From the IMG/VR virus record IMGVR_UViG_3300032265_000458, positions 1-53,867 of that record: a DNA stretch of 53,867 nt; one strand, given 5' to 3'. The DNA comes from a virus (taxonomy: Duplodnaviria > Caudoviricetes). This document shows positions 29,960-38,668 of the stretch, one piece after another. The translations under genes were made by a program, and so were the position numbers. The notes under the pieces are model-generated. The model was not told the origin of the DNA, did no database searches, and saw only the letters and a program-made list of their open reading frames with translations. Within the stretch, counting starts at the first letter, position 1; each line of letters begins with the position of its first letter.

Positions 29960-30276
29960 TGTTTAAAGAAATCTCTGCAATTCTTCTAGGATGGGTTGCC
30001 CTTATTGTAGTTGGTATGTTTGGTAGTTTCTATGCTTACCAATACTTTGCTCCGAAATATCGAGCAGTGGATAATCAAGTATTCAAACAAAGCGAACAGT
30101 ACAATGATGGTATGATTCGTGATCTAGAAAATCTACAGCTTGAGTATATTAATGCAGATAAAGACCACAAAGATGCGCTTCGTGCTATCGTTCTTCATCG
30201 GTTCTCTGTTTATCCAGAAGATAAGATGCCACCAAACCTTCGTAATTTTTATATCTCTTTGAAAGCTGGTCATTAA
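29959..30276 (+). CDS. Membrane-anchored hypothetical protein
   Basis: N-terminal hydrophobic helix. Confidence 0.65.
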   Translation: MFKEISAILLGWVALIVVGMFGSFYAYQYFAPKYRAVDNQVFKQSEQYNDGMIRDLENLQLEYINADKDHKDALRAIVLHRFSVYPEDKMPPNLRNFYISLKAGH

Positions 30277-30756
30277 ATGAAAAAACTATTATTGGTATTA
30301 CCTCTTATTGCTGTGTTATCTGCTTGCGACGATCGTCCAAATAGTCGTCAAATTGAAGCTGCCAAGCAAGAAGAAATGCAACTACAAGCAGTTCAACAAG
30401 TTGGCATGCCAGCCATTGTTAACTTTGCCGAGAAGCGTATGTTCAAAGACATCCTTGAGTTGCGAGATAAGAATGTTCCCACTACAACTTACTTGGTTGG
30501 TATGAATAATCAATTGACTAAGGTATGTGACTCTATTGGCTACGGCTTGCCTTATGCTACACAATATACAAATCCACAGATGCGTGTTGGTAGTCAGAAT
30601 GGTGTAGTAACTTTACCTCAAGCAGATCCAAATGGATTGTACAGCCCAGCTTCGGCTGATGGCACTTGGGTTCTTTGTGTTGACCACAAAGATGGTAAAG
30701 CAAAACCTATTTACATTGAGCCACGTATTCTCGTGAGCCCATTTGCTTTACAGTAA
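30277..30756 (+). CDS. Putative lipoprotein
   Basis: MKK + hydrophobic stretch + lipobox LSAC. Confidence 0.7.
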   Translation: MKKLLLVLPLIAVLSACDDRPNSRQIEAAKQEEMQLQAVQQVGMPAIVNFAEKRMFKDILELRDKNVPTTTYLVGMNNQLTKVCDSIGYGLPYATQYTNPQMRVGSQNGVVTLPQADPNGLYSPASADGTWVLCVDHKDGKAKPIYIEPRILVSPFALQ

Positions 30757-30764
30757 AAATAAAC

Positions 30765-30793
30765 TTGACAGATATACGGTTGTGATGTATAAT
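30765..30793 (+). promoter_or_regulatory. Sigma70 promoter for the gp45 operon
   Basis: TTGACA-N17-TATAAT exact. Confidence 0.85.
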
Positions 30794-30821
30794 CTATTAT
30801 GTATTTAAAATGGAGAAATAA

Positions 30822-31475
30822 ATGAAATTAAGTAAAGAAACAGTAGCAGTAATTAAGAACTTTGCTGGTATCAACAGCAATCTACTTTTGAAGACTGGTA
30901 ATAAACTTGCCACGATCTCTGGTCAAAAGAACGTAATGGCTGACGCCACTGTGGCAGAAACATTCCCTGACTTTGGTATCTATGATCTCAATGAGTTTCT
31001 CGGTGCGATGTCCGTATTTGAAGATCCTGATTTGGAATTTAGTGAGAAGTATGTAACAATCAAATCTGGCGGACGTAGTATTAAATATTTTGCTGCTGCA
31101 GCAGAAGTGTTGACTGCTCCATCCAAGGCGATTACATTCCCTGAAGCAGAAGTAAACTTCAGCATTACTGGAGAACAGTTGGACTTTATTCGTAAGACAG
31201 CTGGAGTATTGAGTAGCGAAGACGTATCTATTGTTGGTAATGGTTCTTCCATTGTTGTTAAGGTGGGTAATAAATCTAACGCAACATCAAATACTTTTGA
31301 CGAGTCTGTAGGAACAACTGATAAAAACTTCAAAGTTAATTTGAAAGTAGAGAACCTAAAGATGCTTCCAGGTGATTATGCTGTAAGTATTTCTAGCAAG
31401 AAGATCTCTCGCTTTAAAGGTAATGGCGATTTGGTTTACTACGTAGCAGTTGAAGCAGATTCTACATTTGAATGA
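30822..31475 (+). CDS. gp45: Sliding clamp
   Basis: MKLSKET...KNFAGIN, FGIYDLNEFL, NLKMLPGDY, YYVAVE. Confidence 0.96.
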   Translation: MKLSKETVAVIKNFAGINSNLLLKTGNKLATISGQKNVMADATVAETFPDFGIYDLNEFLGAMSVFEDPDLEFSEKYVTIKSGGRSIKYFAAAAEVLTAPSKAITFPEAEVNFSITGEQLDFIRKTAGVLSSEDVSIVGNGSSIVVKVGNKSNATSNTFDESVGTTDKNFKVNLKVENLKMLPGDYAVSISSKKISRFKGNGDLVYYVAVEADSTFE

Positions 31476-32125
31476 AAAGAACTGATTGCTTTGTAACTCC
31501 AGTTTGGGTTGTTGATAATTTACCCATCGACAACTCAACACTAATTGACCATGCACATCTTCTACGCCACAAGAATCCTGAGAAACGTAATCCCGAAGCA
31601 TATCAAACTATAAATGTATTGAAGTGGAAAAGTTACGATCTAGGAACAGTTGAAATACTTGCTGTGCCTGAATTAAAAAAGTTAATTGAATTGGTTTATA
31701 CTTACGCAATCATGTGTTTTGCTGAGATGAATCCCAGAGAAAATGCTAAACTTGAATTACAAGATATATGGTATAACATTTATGATATTGGTGTTGATTT
31801 AGAATCTCACGTACATCCTGGAAATTGTATATCAGCGACTTATTATATTAAAGCGCAAGATAAATGTGGAGACTTTGGGATAGCAACTACTGATAGATCT
31901 ATTTCCTATCAGTATAGTCCGAAGTTCTTTAAAGACAGAAATGAACTTACAAGTGTTAAGCAATTTTTTAAAGCTGTACCAAATTCGTTAATTATTATTC
32001 CTTCCAATGTTATGCATTGGGTCACTCCCAATAAGTCTAATGAAGAACGAATTTCAATATCATTTAATTTTAAAGTAACAGGTGATAACAAGTTTCCACC
32101 TAACCATAGATTATTTAAACAGTAA
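31472..32125 (+). CDS. 2OG-Fe(II) oxygenase (TIGR02466-like)
   Basis: HVHPG..ISATYY, IIPSNVMHWV.PN, ERISISFN. Confidence 0.85.
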   Translation: MKRTDCFVTPVWVVDNLPIDNSTLIDHAHLLRHKNPEKRNPEAYQTINVLKWKSYDLGTVEILAVPELKKLIELVYTYAIMCFAEMNPRENAKLELQDIWYNIYDIGVDLESHVHPGNCISATYYIKAQDKCGDFGIATTDRSISYQYSPKFFKDRNELTSVKQFFKAVPNSLIIIPSNVMHWVTPNKSNEERISISFNFKVTGDNKFPPNHRLFKQ

Positions 32126-32140
32126 CTTTGAAAGTATATT

Positions 32141-33100
32141 ATGATTGATTCACGTGATAACCATTTTTTGTGGGTAGAGAAGTATCGCCCACAAACTATT
32201 GATGAGTGTGTGCTACCTGAAGCACTGAAGAAAACATTCAAAGATTATATTGCACAAGGTAACTTACCCACATTCCTGTTTACAGGAACTGCTGGTGTAG
32301 GTAAAACTACTGTGGCAAAGGCATTATGCCAAGAAGTTGGTGCAGACTTTATTATGATTAACGGATCTGAGGAAGGTCGTTCAATCGATACTCTCAGAAC
32401 TACAATCAAGAACTTTGCATCAACTATCTCATTGACTGATTCGAAGAAAGTTGTAATCATTGACGAAGCAGACTATATGAATGCGGATTCAATTCAACCT
32501 GCTCTCCGAGCATTTATCGAGCAGTTCTCAAGCAACTGTTCTTTTATCTTTACTTGTAATTTTAAAAACCGAATCATTGAACCACTCCACAGTCGATGCG
32601 CTGTTGTAGAGTTTAAGATTGACTCTGCACAGAAACAAGAGATTGCTGCGACATTCTTTAAGCGTGTTGTTCAAATTCTAAAACAAGAGAACATTGAGTT
32701 TGATTCTAAAGTAGTGGCAGAACTTATTACTAAATACTTTCCTGACTACCGTAGGATTCTAAATGAACTACAAAGGTATTCTGTCTCTGGTAAAATTGAT
32801 ACAGGTATTCTTTTAAATGCAAGTGCTGAATCTTACAAACAACTTATCAAAGACTTAAAGGATAAAAACTTTTTGGCTGTTCGTTCATGGGCAGGTAAGA
32901 ATGCAGAGCATGGTGCAGCACCTTTGTTCAAAGAACTTTATGATAATGCTATTCAGTATATGGAACCTACCACGATTCCACAACTTGTTTTAGTATTGGC
33001 AGACTATCAATATAAAGCAGCATTCGTAGCTGACCAAGAGATAAATATTATGGCAGCATTAACAGAGGTAATGGCTAACTGTAAATTTAAAAATGTCTGA
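32141..33100 (+). CDS. gp44: Clamp loader large subunit
   Basis: LWVEKYRP, GTAGVGKTT, IIDEAD, PLHSRC, FPDYRRILNELQRY. Confidence 0.97.
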   Translation: MIDSRDNHFLWVEKYRPQTIDECVLPEALKKTFKDYIAQGNLPTFLFTGTAGVGKTTVAKALCQEVGADFIMINGSEEGRSIDTLRTTIKNFASTISLTDSKKVVIIDEADYMNADSIQPALRAFIEQFSSNCSFIFTCNFKNRIIEPLHSRCAVVEFKIDSAQKQEIAATFFKRVVQILKQENIEFDSKVVAELITKYFPDYRRILNELQRYSVSGKIDTGILLNASAESYKQLIKDLKDKNFLAVRSWAGKNAEHGAAPLFKELYDNAIQYMEPTTIPQLVLVLADYQYKAAFVADQEINIMAALTEVMANCKFKNV

Positions 33101-33440
33101 GTTTCTTTACATACTTTTTATTTGGGTTTTTGGTTTCATCGCAGGTTGGATGGGACGAGAGAAACACGCAATCAACCAAGTTAGAAAGATGCGAGAAAGT
33201 GGACTAGTTCCTGAAGTTGTTACTGCTGAATATTTGGAACAACAAGACTTTATTCCAATTATGATTGAGCATGATAAGGGTATGTTTTTTGTTTATAATA
33301 TAAAAGACAAATCGTTCATGGCGCAAGGTAGAACTAAACAAGAACTGGAAAAGAATCTTGCAAAGAATTTCCCAGACAAGAAATTTGCAGCCTTACCTCA
33401 AAACTTGAAAGAAGTAGGTTTTGATAATGACACCATTTGA
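33093..33440 (+). CDS. Hypothetical protein with N-terminal TM helix
   Basis: Hydrophobic N-terminus; overlaps gp44 and gp62. Confidence 0.6.
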   Translation: MSEFLYILFIWVFGFIAGWMGREKHAINQVRKMRESGLVPEVVTAEYLEQQDFIPIMIEHDKGMFFVYNIKDKSFMAQGRTKQELEKNLAKNFPDKKFAALPQNLKEVGFDNDTI

Positions 33441-33807
33441 TTTTATAAAGGCAATTAATACCACCAAAGAAAACTTATTTGTAGACCCTCAAGCCAAGAA
33501 GGACTACAATGCATGGATGGTTAATCGAGGATTGTCTCAATTCTCAGATACCGTTATGCATGCTAATGAGATGAATTTCCACTACACCATTCCAAAAGAA
33601 TGGCAATTTTCATTTTTGCTAAATAGTATACCCAAGAAGAATCGTTTCAGTAAGTGGGCTAAAAAAGAAGCCAGTACTGACGATATGAAATTGGTCATGG
33701 AATATTATAACTATTCTAGAGAAAAAGCAAGGCAAGTTTTAACAATTTTGCCAAATGAACAATTGAATATGATAAAAGAAAAATTATATAAAGGTGGAAA
33801 ATCATGA
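33427..33807 (+). CDS. gp62: Clamp loader small subunit
   Basis: PFDFIKAIN, MVNRGLS, RFSKWAK, YYNYSREKA, KGG. Confidence 0.93.
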   Translation: MTPFDFIKAINTTKENLFVDPQAKKDYNAWMVNRGLSQFSDTVMHANEMNFHYTIPKEWQFSFLLNSIPKKNRFSKWAKKEASTDDMKLVMEYYNYSREKARQVLTILPNEQLNMIKEKLYKGGKS

Positions 33808-34223
33808 CTATTGAAATGGTATATTATGATTGGACTCCTGAGTCAATGCTTGAAGTGACGTTACATGAACCAGATAACTTCTTAAAGGTTCGTGAAACAT
33901 TAACTCGAATCGGTATTGCATCCAGGAAAGAAAACAAACTATATCAATCTTGCCATATACTACATAAGCAAGGTAGGTACTTTATCGTTCACTTCAAAGA
34001 ACTATTTGCGTTGGACGGTAAAGAATCGAATATCACTGCAGGTGATATTGAGCGTAGAAATGCAATCGCAGGTTTGCTGCAGGATTGGGATCTAGTGAAG
34101 ATCCTAAATAATACGCAAGCAGATCAGAAAGCATCTCTGTCGCAAATTAAGGTAGTCTCTTTTAAAGAGAAAAACGAATGGGAACTTGTTCCCAAATACA
34201 ACATAGGAAAGAAACTGAAATGA
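33804..34223 (+). CDS. regA: Translational repressor RegA
   Basis: FLKVRETLTRIGIAS, LYQSCHILHKQGRYFIVHFKELF. Confidence 0.97.
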   Translation: MTIEMVYYDWTPESMLEVTLHEPDNFLKVRETLTRIGIASRKENKLYQSCHILHKQGRYFIVHFKELFALDGKESNITAGDIERRNAIAGLLQDWDLVKILNNTQADQKASLSQIKVVSFKEKNEWELVPKYNIGKKLK

Positions 34224-34441
34224 TTAAAATTGAACTGAGTATTGATGAATGTAATATGATTCTTCGTGTATTGGGTAAGCATCCATTTGAAGAAGTTGTA
34301 TCTGTTATTAACAAAATTAAAGAGCAAGGCGAACCGCAAGTCGAAGCGATTGTGAAAGCCCAGCAAGCAGAAGCAGCAACTACTGAAGCTGTTGCAACTA
34401 CTGAAGCTGTTGCAACTACTGAAGCTGTTGTAGCTGCATAA
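34220..34441 (+). CDS. Small hypothetical protein with (ATTEAV)3 tail
   Basis: ATGA overlap with the regA stop. Confidence 0.65.
   Translation: MIKIELSIDECNMILRVLGKHPFEEVVSVINKIKEQGEPQVEAIVKAQQAEAATTEAVATTEAVATTEAVVAA
34376..34429 (+). repeat. 18-bp perfect tandem repeat x3 (GCAACTACTGAAGCTGTT)
   Basis: Seen directly. Confidence 0.95.
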
Positions 34442-34450
34442 AGAATTCAC

Positions 34451-34584
34451 CTTAGGACCACTAAGTTACGAATCGTTGGTAAAGCTGTCAGTACGTTAAG
34501 CTGTCGCTGGAACCAGTAACCAGCATTAACCGACATGCCTTCGGGGTGTCAAATTTATAACTCGCTTAATAGGAGAAACACATG
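34451..34584 (+). ncRNA. Structured hsp20 5' leader ending in a ROSE-like RNA thermometer hairpin
   Basis: Hairpins CTTAG/CTAAG, GCTGG/CCAGC, GACATGCC-TTCG-GGGTGTC; CTCGCT-TAAT-AGGAG pairs the SD with a bulged G. Confidence 0.6.
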
Positions 34585-35073
34585 ACTGATTTCAATATCG
34601 GTAAAATCGCATTTGGTCCATCGTTCAAGGACTTCGACAAATTCTTTGTCGGTTTTGAAGATTCTGCAAAGCAATTCCAAGCATTGCATGACGATCTTAC
34701 AAAAAACATTCCCAACTATCCACCATACAACATTCGTAAGAATGATGAAAACTCGTACACAATCGAAGTAGCAGTAGCTGGTTTCGGTGAGTCTGAGATT
34801 GATGTAACCATTGATGGTGGCAAGTTGATTGTTAAGGGTAATGTTGATGCAGCCACTGATGCTCTAGAAGATAACTTCTTGTTCAAAGGTATCGCTACTC
34901 GTGCATTTACTCGTGCTTTTGCTATCGATGATCATATCGAAGTGAAGAATGCAGAACTATTCAATGGTATGCTTAAGATTGCTTTGGAGCGTATGGTTCC
35001 AGAAAATCAGAAACCAAAGAAAGTTCCAGTAAAGACTGCTGGTAAAAAAGAATTCTTGACTGAGGCAGAATAA
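34582..35073 (+). CDS. hsp20: Small heat-shock protein (IbpA-like Hsp20)
   Basis: NYPPYNI, IEVAVAGF, KGIATRAFTRAF, NGMLKI. Confidence 0.96.
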   Translation: MTDFNIGKIAFGPSFKDFDKFFVGFEDSAKQFQALHDDLTKNIPNYPPYNIRKNDENSYTIEVAVAGFGESEIDVTIDGGKLIVKGNVDAATDALEDNFLFKGIATRAFTRAFAIDDHIEVKNAELFNGMLKIALERMVPENQKPKKVPVKTAGKKEFLTEAE

Positions 35074-35074
35074 C

Positions 35075-35182
35075 ATGACTAACATTTTAAAATCCATTAA
35101 GGGATTTGTTATGGAAGTTATTGAATGCATCCAAGAAGCAAAGAAGCTACAAGCACAGGAGCACACAAAATGGCATTCCTGA
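35075..35182 (+). CDS. Small hypothetical peptide (35 aa)
   Basis: GAGG SD; ATG 1 nt after the hsp20 stop. Confidence 0.4.
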   Translation: MTNILKSIKGFVMEVIECIQEAKKLQAQEHTKWHS

Positions 35183-35316
35183 AATTGATTAGTAAATTAT
35201 TTCCAAAACAACAATCATCTCTTGAACAATTTATCGTAAGTAAACGACCACTCAATGCAGCAGATGTAGAGCATTGGACTCGTAGATATTACGAAGGTCA
35301 AGCAAGGGGATTATAA
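35170..35316 (+). CDS. Small hypothetical protein (48 aa)
   Basis: AGGAG SD before ATG 35170. Confidence 0.55.
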   Translation: MAFLKLISKLFPKQQSSLEQFIVSKRPLNAADVEHWTRRYYEGQARGL

Positions 35317-35396
35317 TGTGTAATTGGATTCCAATGACCGATGATGATTGGGATTGGGTAAACGGTAAAACACCAGCACCTAAACCAACCAAGTAA
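35316..35396 (+). CDS. Small peptide MCNWIPMTDDDWDWVNGKTPAPKPTK
   Basis: TAATG coupling and AGGGG SD. Confidence 0.4.
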   Translation: MCNWIPMTDDDWDWVNGKTPAPKPTK

Positions 35397-35406
35397 TCGT
35401 AGCAAA

Positions 35407-35434
35407 TAGGGGGACTTTCGGGTTCCCCTAAATA
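35407..35434 (+). promoter_or_regulatory. UUCG hairpin overlapping a CCTAAATA late-promoter motif
   Basis: TAGGGGGACT-TTCG-GGTTCCCCTA followed by AATA. Confidence 0.6.
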
Positions 35435-35440
35435 TTTGTT

Positions 35441-35647
35441 ATGATGAAAAGTAAGATATCCAAAGATTTGATTTCCTTCGTCACGATTCGTCGTGGGAAC
35501 TGGATCATGAAAATTTCTGTATATCGAACTAAAGAAGTATTAGTATTGGCTCAACATTATTTTGAGATTGAACGATTCATTGTGAATCAATTTACAAACC
35601 AAGAAGAAGCAGCAGCGTTTCTTGATATGCTAGCAAGCGAGGATTAA
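35441..35647 (+). CDS. Hypothetical protein
   Basis: ORF directly after the late motif. Confidence 0.55.
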   Translation: MMKSKISKDLISFVTIRRGNWIMKISVYRTKEVLVLAQHYFEIERFIVNQFTNQEEAAAFLDMLASED

Positions 35648-35648
35648 T

Positions 35649-35939
35649 ATGACAGTAAGAGTATTTAAATTAGTAACAGGCGAACAACTCATTAGCAAGA
35701 CAACTGATACAAGCGAAGGTTATAAGTTAGATAAACCTGCAGAGATTCAACTACAACAAACTGACAAAGGTGTTGGTGTTGGAATCGCTCCATATATGCC
35801 ATACGCCAGTGGTGATGTACTACTTCATCGAACAGCAATTGTTTCGGAGGGACTGCCCGAAGTCCACATGGAGAACGAATATAGTAGGATCTTTGGCTCA
35901 GGGATTCAGCTGACTACCGTAAACTCCCTAACCCGATAA
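35649..35939 (+). CDS. Conserved Sm-like hypothetical protein
   Basis: VFKLVTGEQLI...PYMPY...NEYSRIFGSGI, familiar from T4-like phages downstream of hsp20. Confidence 0.7.
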   Translation: MTVRVFKLVTGEQLISKTTDTSEGYKLDKPAEIQLQQTDKGVGVGIAPYMPYASGDVLLHRTAIVSEGLPEVHMENEYSRIFGSGIQLTTVNSLTR

Positions 35940-35945
35940 CCAAAT

Positions 35946-35971
35946 AACCCTACCCCGAGTAGGGTTTTTTT
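35946..35971 (+). terminator. Rho-independent terminator
   Basis: AACCCTAC-CCCGA-GTAGGGTT then T-run. Confidence 0.85.
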
Positions 35972-36094
35972 ACGTCCAGAAACCCGCAAACCAACCTGAA
36001 TCCGTCCGATTCTGACTCTCCAGAACGTCCTTGGAGGAGTTTGCAGTCACAGGGGTAGCCAAACCCTTACCCTACCCTCCCAGAGACCCCTAGA

Positions 36095-36180
36095 TCGTTG
36101 CAAAAAAGCAACGAAATAACCCTACGCCAAGTAAGGGATTGAAAATAGTTCTTTACAATAATTCACTTTTCAGGCATAAT
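36095..36180 (+). promoter_or_regulatory. TCGTTG-N8-CAACGA palindrome plus early promoter
   Basis: Palindrome 36095-36114; TTTACA (36152)-N17-CATAAT (36175). Confidence 0.75.
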
Positions 36181-36211
36181 AGTTATTATGATGATGAGAA
36201 AAGGAACTAAA

Positions 36212-36421
36212 ATGATAGTCGTGAAAACAAAAAGTCAGCTACGTGCTGAAACTGAAAAGCAGTTGAAGTCATTCCTCCGTAAAGGTGGTTCGATTGAAGT
36301 TGTTAAGGCTCGCAAAGCACCGAAGCAAACTATGACCTGCAAAAATTCTCGTGGGTTTGTTGTTGGAACTTCGGGTTTCGCAAACGGTATGCCGAAGAAG
36401 TCTACTTTTAGTTTAGCTTAA
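36212..36421 (+). CDS. Small basic hypothetical protein
   Basis: AAGGA SD; FLRKGGSIEVV motif. Confidence 0.6.
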   Translation: MIVVKTKSQLRAETEKQLKSFLRKGGSIEVVKARKAPKQTMTCKNSRGFVVGTSGFANGMPKKSTFSLA

Positions 36422-36437
36422 TTTTAGGAGATCATAA

Positions 36438-36812
36438 ATGTCTGAATTCAAATCTTGGGAAGAAATGACTGCGTTGGAACAAGCCCAGTGTACTTACTCT
36501 GATTTTCATAAAGATGCTTATGGGTTTCGTCCACGCAATGACATCAGTACTTGGACACTTGAAGACTTCGACAAGGAGTTCGCTGTGTTTGCTCGTGTGT
36601 GTGAAGAAAATCGCATCCAAGAAGAAGCAGCAGAAGCTGAAGCAATTGTTCGCTTTGAGGATCGTGTAACTAATCTTATGCACACTGGAACTAATCGTGA
36701 ACGTGTTATTGCTTGGCTTATGGATGCTGAGGGTGTCAATGGCGACTTCGAGTATTTCTGTTTCACGCAGGGTCTGCCTTATCGTTACTTCAAAGAAATG
36801 GAAGTAGCGTGA
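36438..36812 (+). CDS. Hypothetical protein
   Basis: AGGAG SD; SDFHKDAYGFRPR motif seen in early phage proteins. Confidence 0.65.
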   Translation: MSEFKSWEEMTALEQAQCTYSDFHKDAYGFRPRNDISTWTLEDFDKEFAVFARVCEENRIQEEAAEAEAIVRFEDRVTNLMHTGTNRERVIAWLMDAEGVNGDFEYFCFTQGLPYRYFKEMEVA

Positions 36813-36997
36813 GAGTCTTTCAAGAAACAACTGACTGGAAAGAGCACAATGCTCCTAACCATATCTATTATACAAGTGATGGTAAAAGTAAAATCTACGC
36901 ATTTTATAATACAATAACAGGTAAGGTTACAAAATTTAAAAACCCAATACGTTGGGATATGCGATATAGAACATTTAAGGAATTGAAACACAAATGA
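36809..36997 (+). CDS. Hypothetical protein
   Basis: GTGA/ATGA coupling. Confidence 0.55.
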   Translation: MRVFQETTDWKEHNAPNHIYYTSDGKSKIYAFYNTITGKVTKFKNPIRWDMRYRTFKELKHK

Positions 36998-38304
36998 ATA
37001 TCAATACTTTTCTCGAGAGTCTTGCGAATAACAATTCTCGCAATTTCAAAATTGAACAATTAAACGCAAATAGCAATAACGAAACTCTGCGTGAAGTTGT
37101 TCGCTTGGCTCTCGATCCTTTTACACAGTTTTACATCCGTAAGATCCCTGCGTATACACAAACGATGAAAATAGATTTTATGACATTGCCAGAAGCAATG
37201 AATCAACTATTTACTTTATCTTCTAGATCACTTACTGGTAACGCTGGTATCAGTCATCTTAAATTCATTTTAGAGTCTTGCTCAGCAGATGATGCTAAGG
37301 TTATTGAACGAATCATCGCAAAAGATTTAAAATGTGGGGTTGATACATCAACTGCCAATAAAGTTTGGATGGGATTGATCCCAGAATATCCTTGCATGCT
37401 TTGCTCACCATTTGAACAGAAGTTAGTGGATAAAATTAAATTCCCTGCTTATGCTCAAATGAAGATGGACGGTATGCGATTCAACGCAATCGTTCGTGAT
37501 GGTAAGTGTGAATTTAGGAGTAGAAATGGCAAAGAAATTTTATTACTTGGCAATTTGGAGCAAGAGTTTATTTCTCTTGCTGGTATTGTTGATTGTGTTT
37601 TTGATGGTGAACTACTTGTAATGGATGACGACAGTTGTCAGTTTATGGATCGTCAAACTGGTAATGGTATCCTCAATAAAGCAAATAAGGGAACTATCTC
37701 AGCTGTAGATGCAGCAAAGGTTCATGCTTCTGTTTGGGATAGGATTCCTTATGTTATGTTTGAGACTGGCTATTGCGCAACTCCATACTCAACAAGGTTC
37801 TCAGTTCTTGAGAAGATTGTAAATGAACAACCAGCTAAAGGAAAAAAGATCTGGGCTGTGACTTCAACTATTGTTGAAACCTTGGATCAGGCTCAAGAAA
37901 TTTTCCAAGATTATTTGTCTTCAGGTTACGAAGGTATCATCCTTAAAGATGGTAATGGAGTCTGGGAAGATAAACGTAGCAAGACTCAGATCAAATTCAA
38001 GGGAGAACTTGAGTGTGATCTAAAGATTGTTGCAGTGGAAGAAGGTAAAGGTAAGGCTGCAGGAATGCTTGGTGCAATTGTTTGTGAATCTGCCGATGGA
38101 GTTGTAAAGGTTTCTGTTGGTTCTGGTTTCAATGATTTGCAACGCAAGAATTACTGGGCTGAAAATTTAGTTGACAGAATAGTAGCTATCAAGTATAATA
38201 GTAGAATAAAGAATAAACAAGGTGAAGATAGTTTATTCCTTCCAGTTTTTATTGAACTTCGTGATGATAAAGATATTGCAGATAATTCAAAGGATATAAA
38301 ATGA
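36994..38304 (+). CDS. gp30: ATP-dependent DNA ligase
   Basis: KMDGMR (motif I), FDGEL, YEGIILK, KRS...KFK, VGSGF, SLFLPVF. Confidence 0.96.
   Translation: MNINTFLESLANNNSRNFKIEQLNANSNNETLREVVRLALDPFTQFYIRKIPAYTQTMKIDFMTLPEAMNQLFTLSSRSLTGNAGISHLKFILESCSADDAKVIERIIAKDLKCGVDTSTANKVWMGLIPEYPCMLCSPFEQKLVDKIKFPAYAQMKMDGMRFNAIVRDGKCEFRSRNGKEILLLGNLEQEFISLAGIVDCVFDGELLVMDDDSCQFMDRQTGNGILNKANKGTISAVDAAKVHASVWDRIPYVMFETGYCATPYSTRFSVLEKIVNEQPAKGKKIWAVTSTIVETLDQAQEIFQDYLSSGYEGIILKDGNGVWEDKRSKTQIKFKGELECDLKIVAVEEGKGKAAGMLGAIVCESADGVVKVSVGSGFNDLQRKNYWAENLVDRIVAIKYNSRIKNKQGEDSLFLPVFIELRDDKDIADNSKDIK
38171..38199 (+). promoter_or_regulatory. Sigma70 promoter embedded in the ligase 3' end
   Basis: TTGACA-N17-TATAAT exact. 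Confidence 0.7.
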
Positions 38305-38666
38305 AAGTAGCAATCAATACATGTTTCGGTGGATTTGGTATTTCAAATGATGCATTTGAAATACTATTAACACGCAAGGGTATCGCTTTTGAAAAAGCAG
38401 AAGCGAAATTTAAAATTGGTAATGACCACTTTGACTATTACCACGCTGGTCATGCAGGTAGCGATGACCATTATATTGACACGTATTCCTTTTATGAAGA
38501 TCGTTCGGATCCAGATTTGATCGCAGTCATTGAAGAGATGGGTGAAGAATCATGGGGCTGGGCTGCAGAGTTAAAGATTATTGAAGTACCTGATGATATC
38601 AAGTGGCACATCGATGAGTATGATGGTCGTGAACATGTAGCAGAAGATCATAGGACTTGGTATTAA
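38301..38666 (+). CDS. Conserved phage hypothetical protein
   Basis: KVAINTCFGGFG, RSDPDLIAVIEE, IDEYDGREHV. Confidence 0.7.
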   Translation: MKVAINTCFGGFGISNDAFEILLTRKGIAFEKAEAKFKIGNDHFDYYHAGHAGSDDHYIDTYSFYEDRSDPDLIAVIEEMGEESWGWAAELKIIEVPDDIKWHIDEYDGREHVAEDHRTWY

Positions 38667-38668
38667 TT

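Noticed and set aside
29959-30756. Rz/Rz1 spanin pair
   Set aside because: Inner protein lacks a long coiled coil, the lipoprotein is large and globular, and no endolysin or holin is adjacent
34376-34429. 18-bp tandem repeat as a mini-CRISPR or iteron
   Set aside because: Contiguous, spacer-less and in-frame (ATTEAV)3 coding repeat
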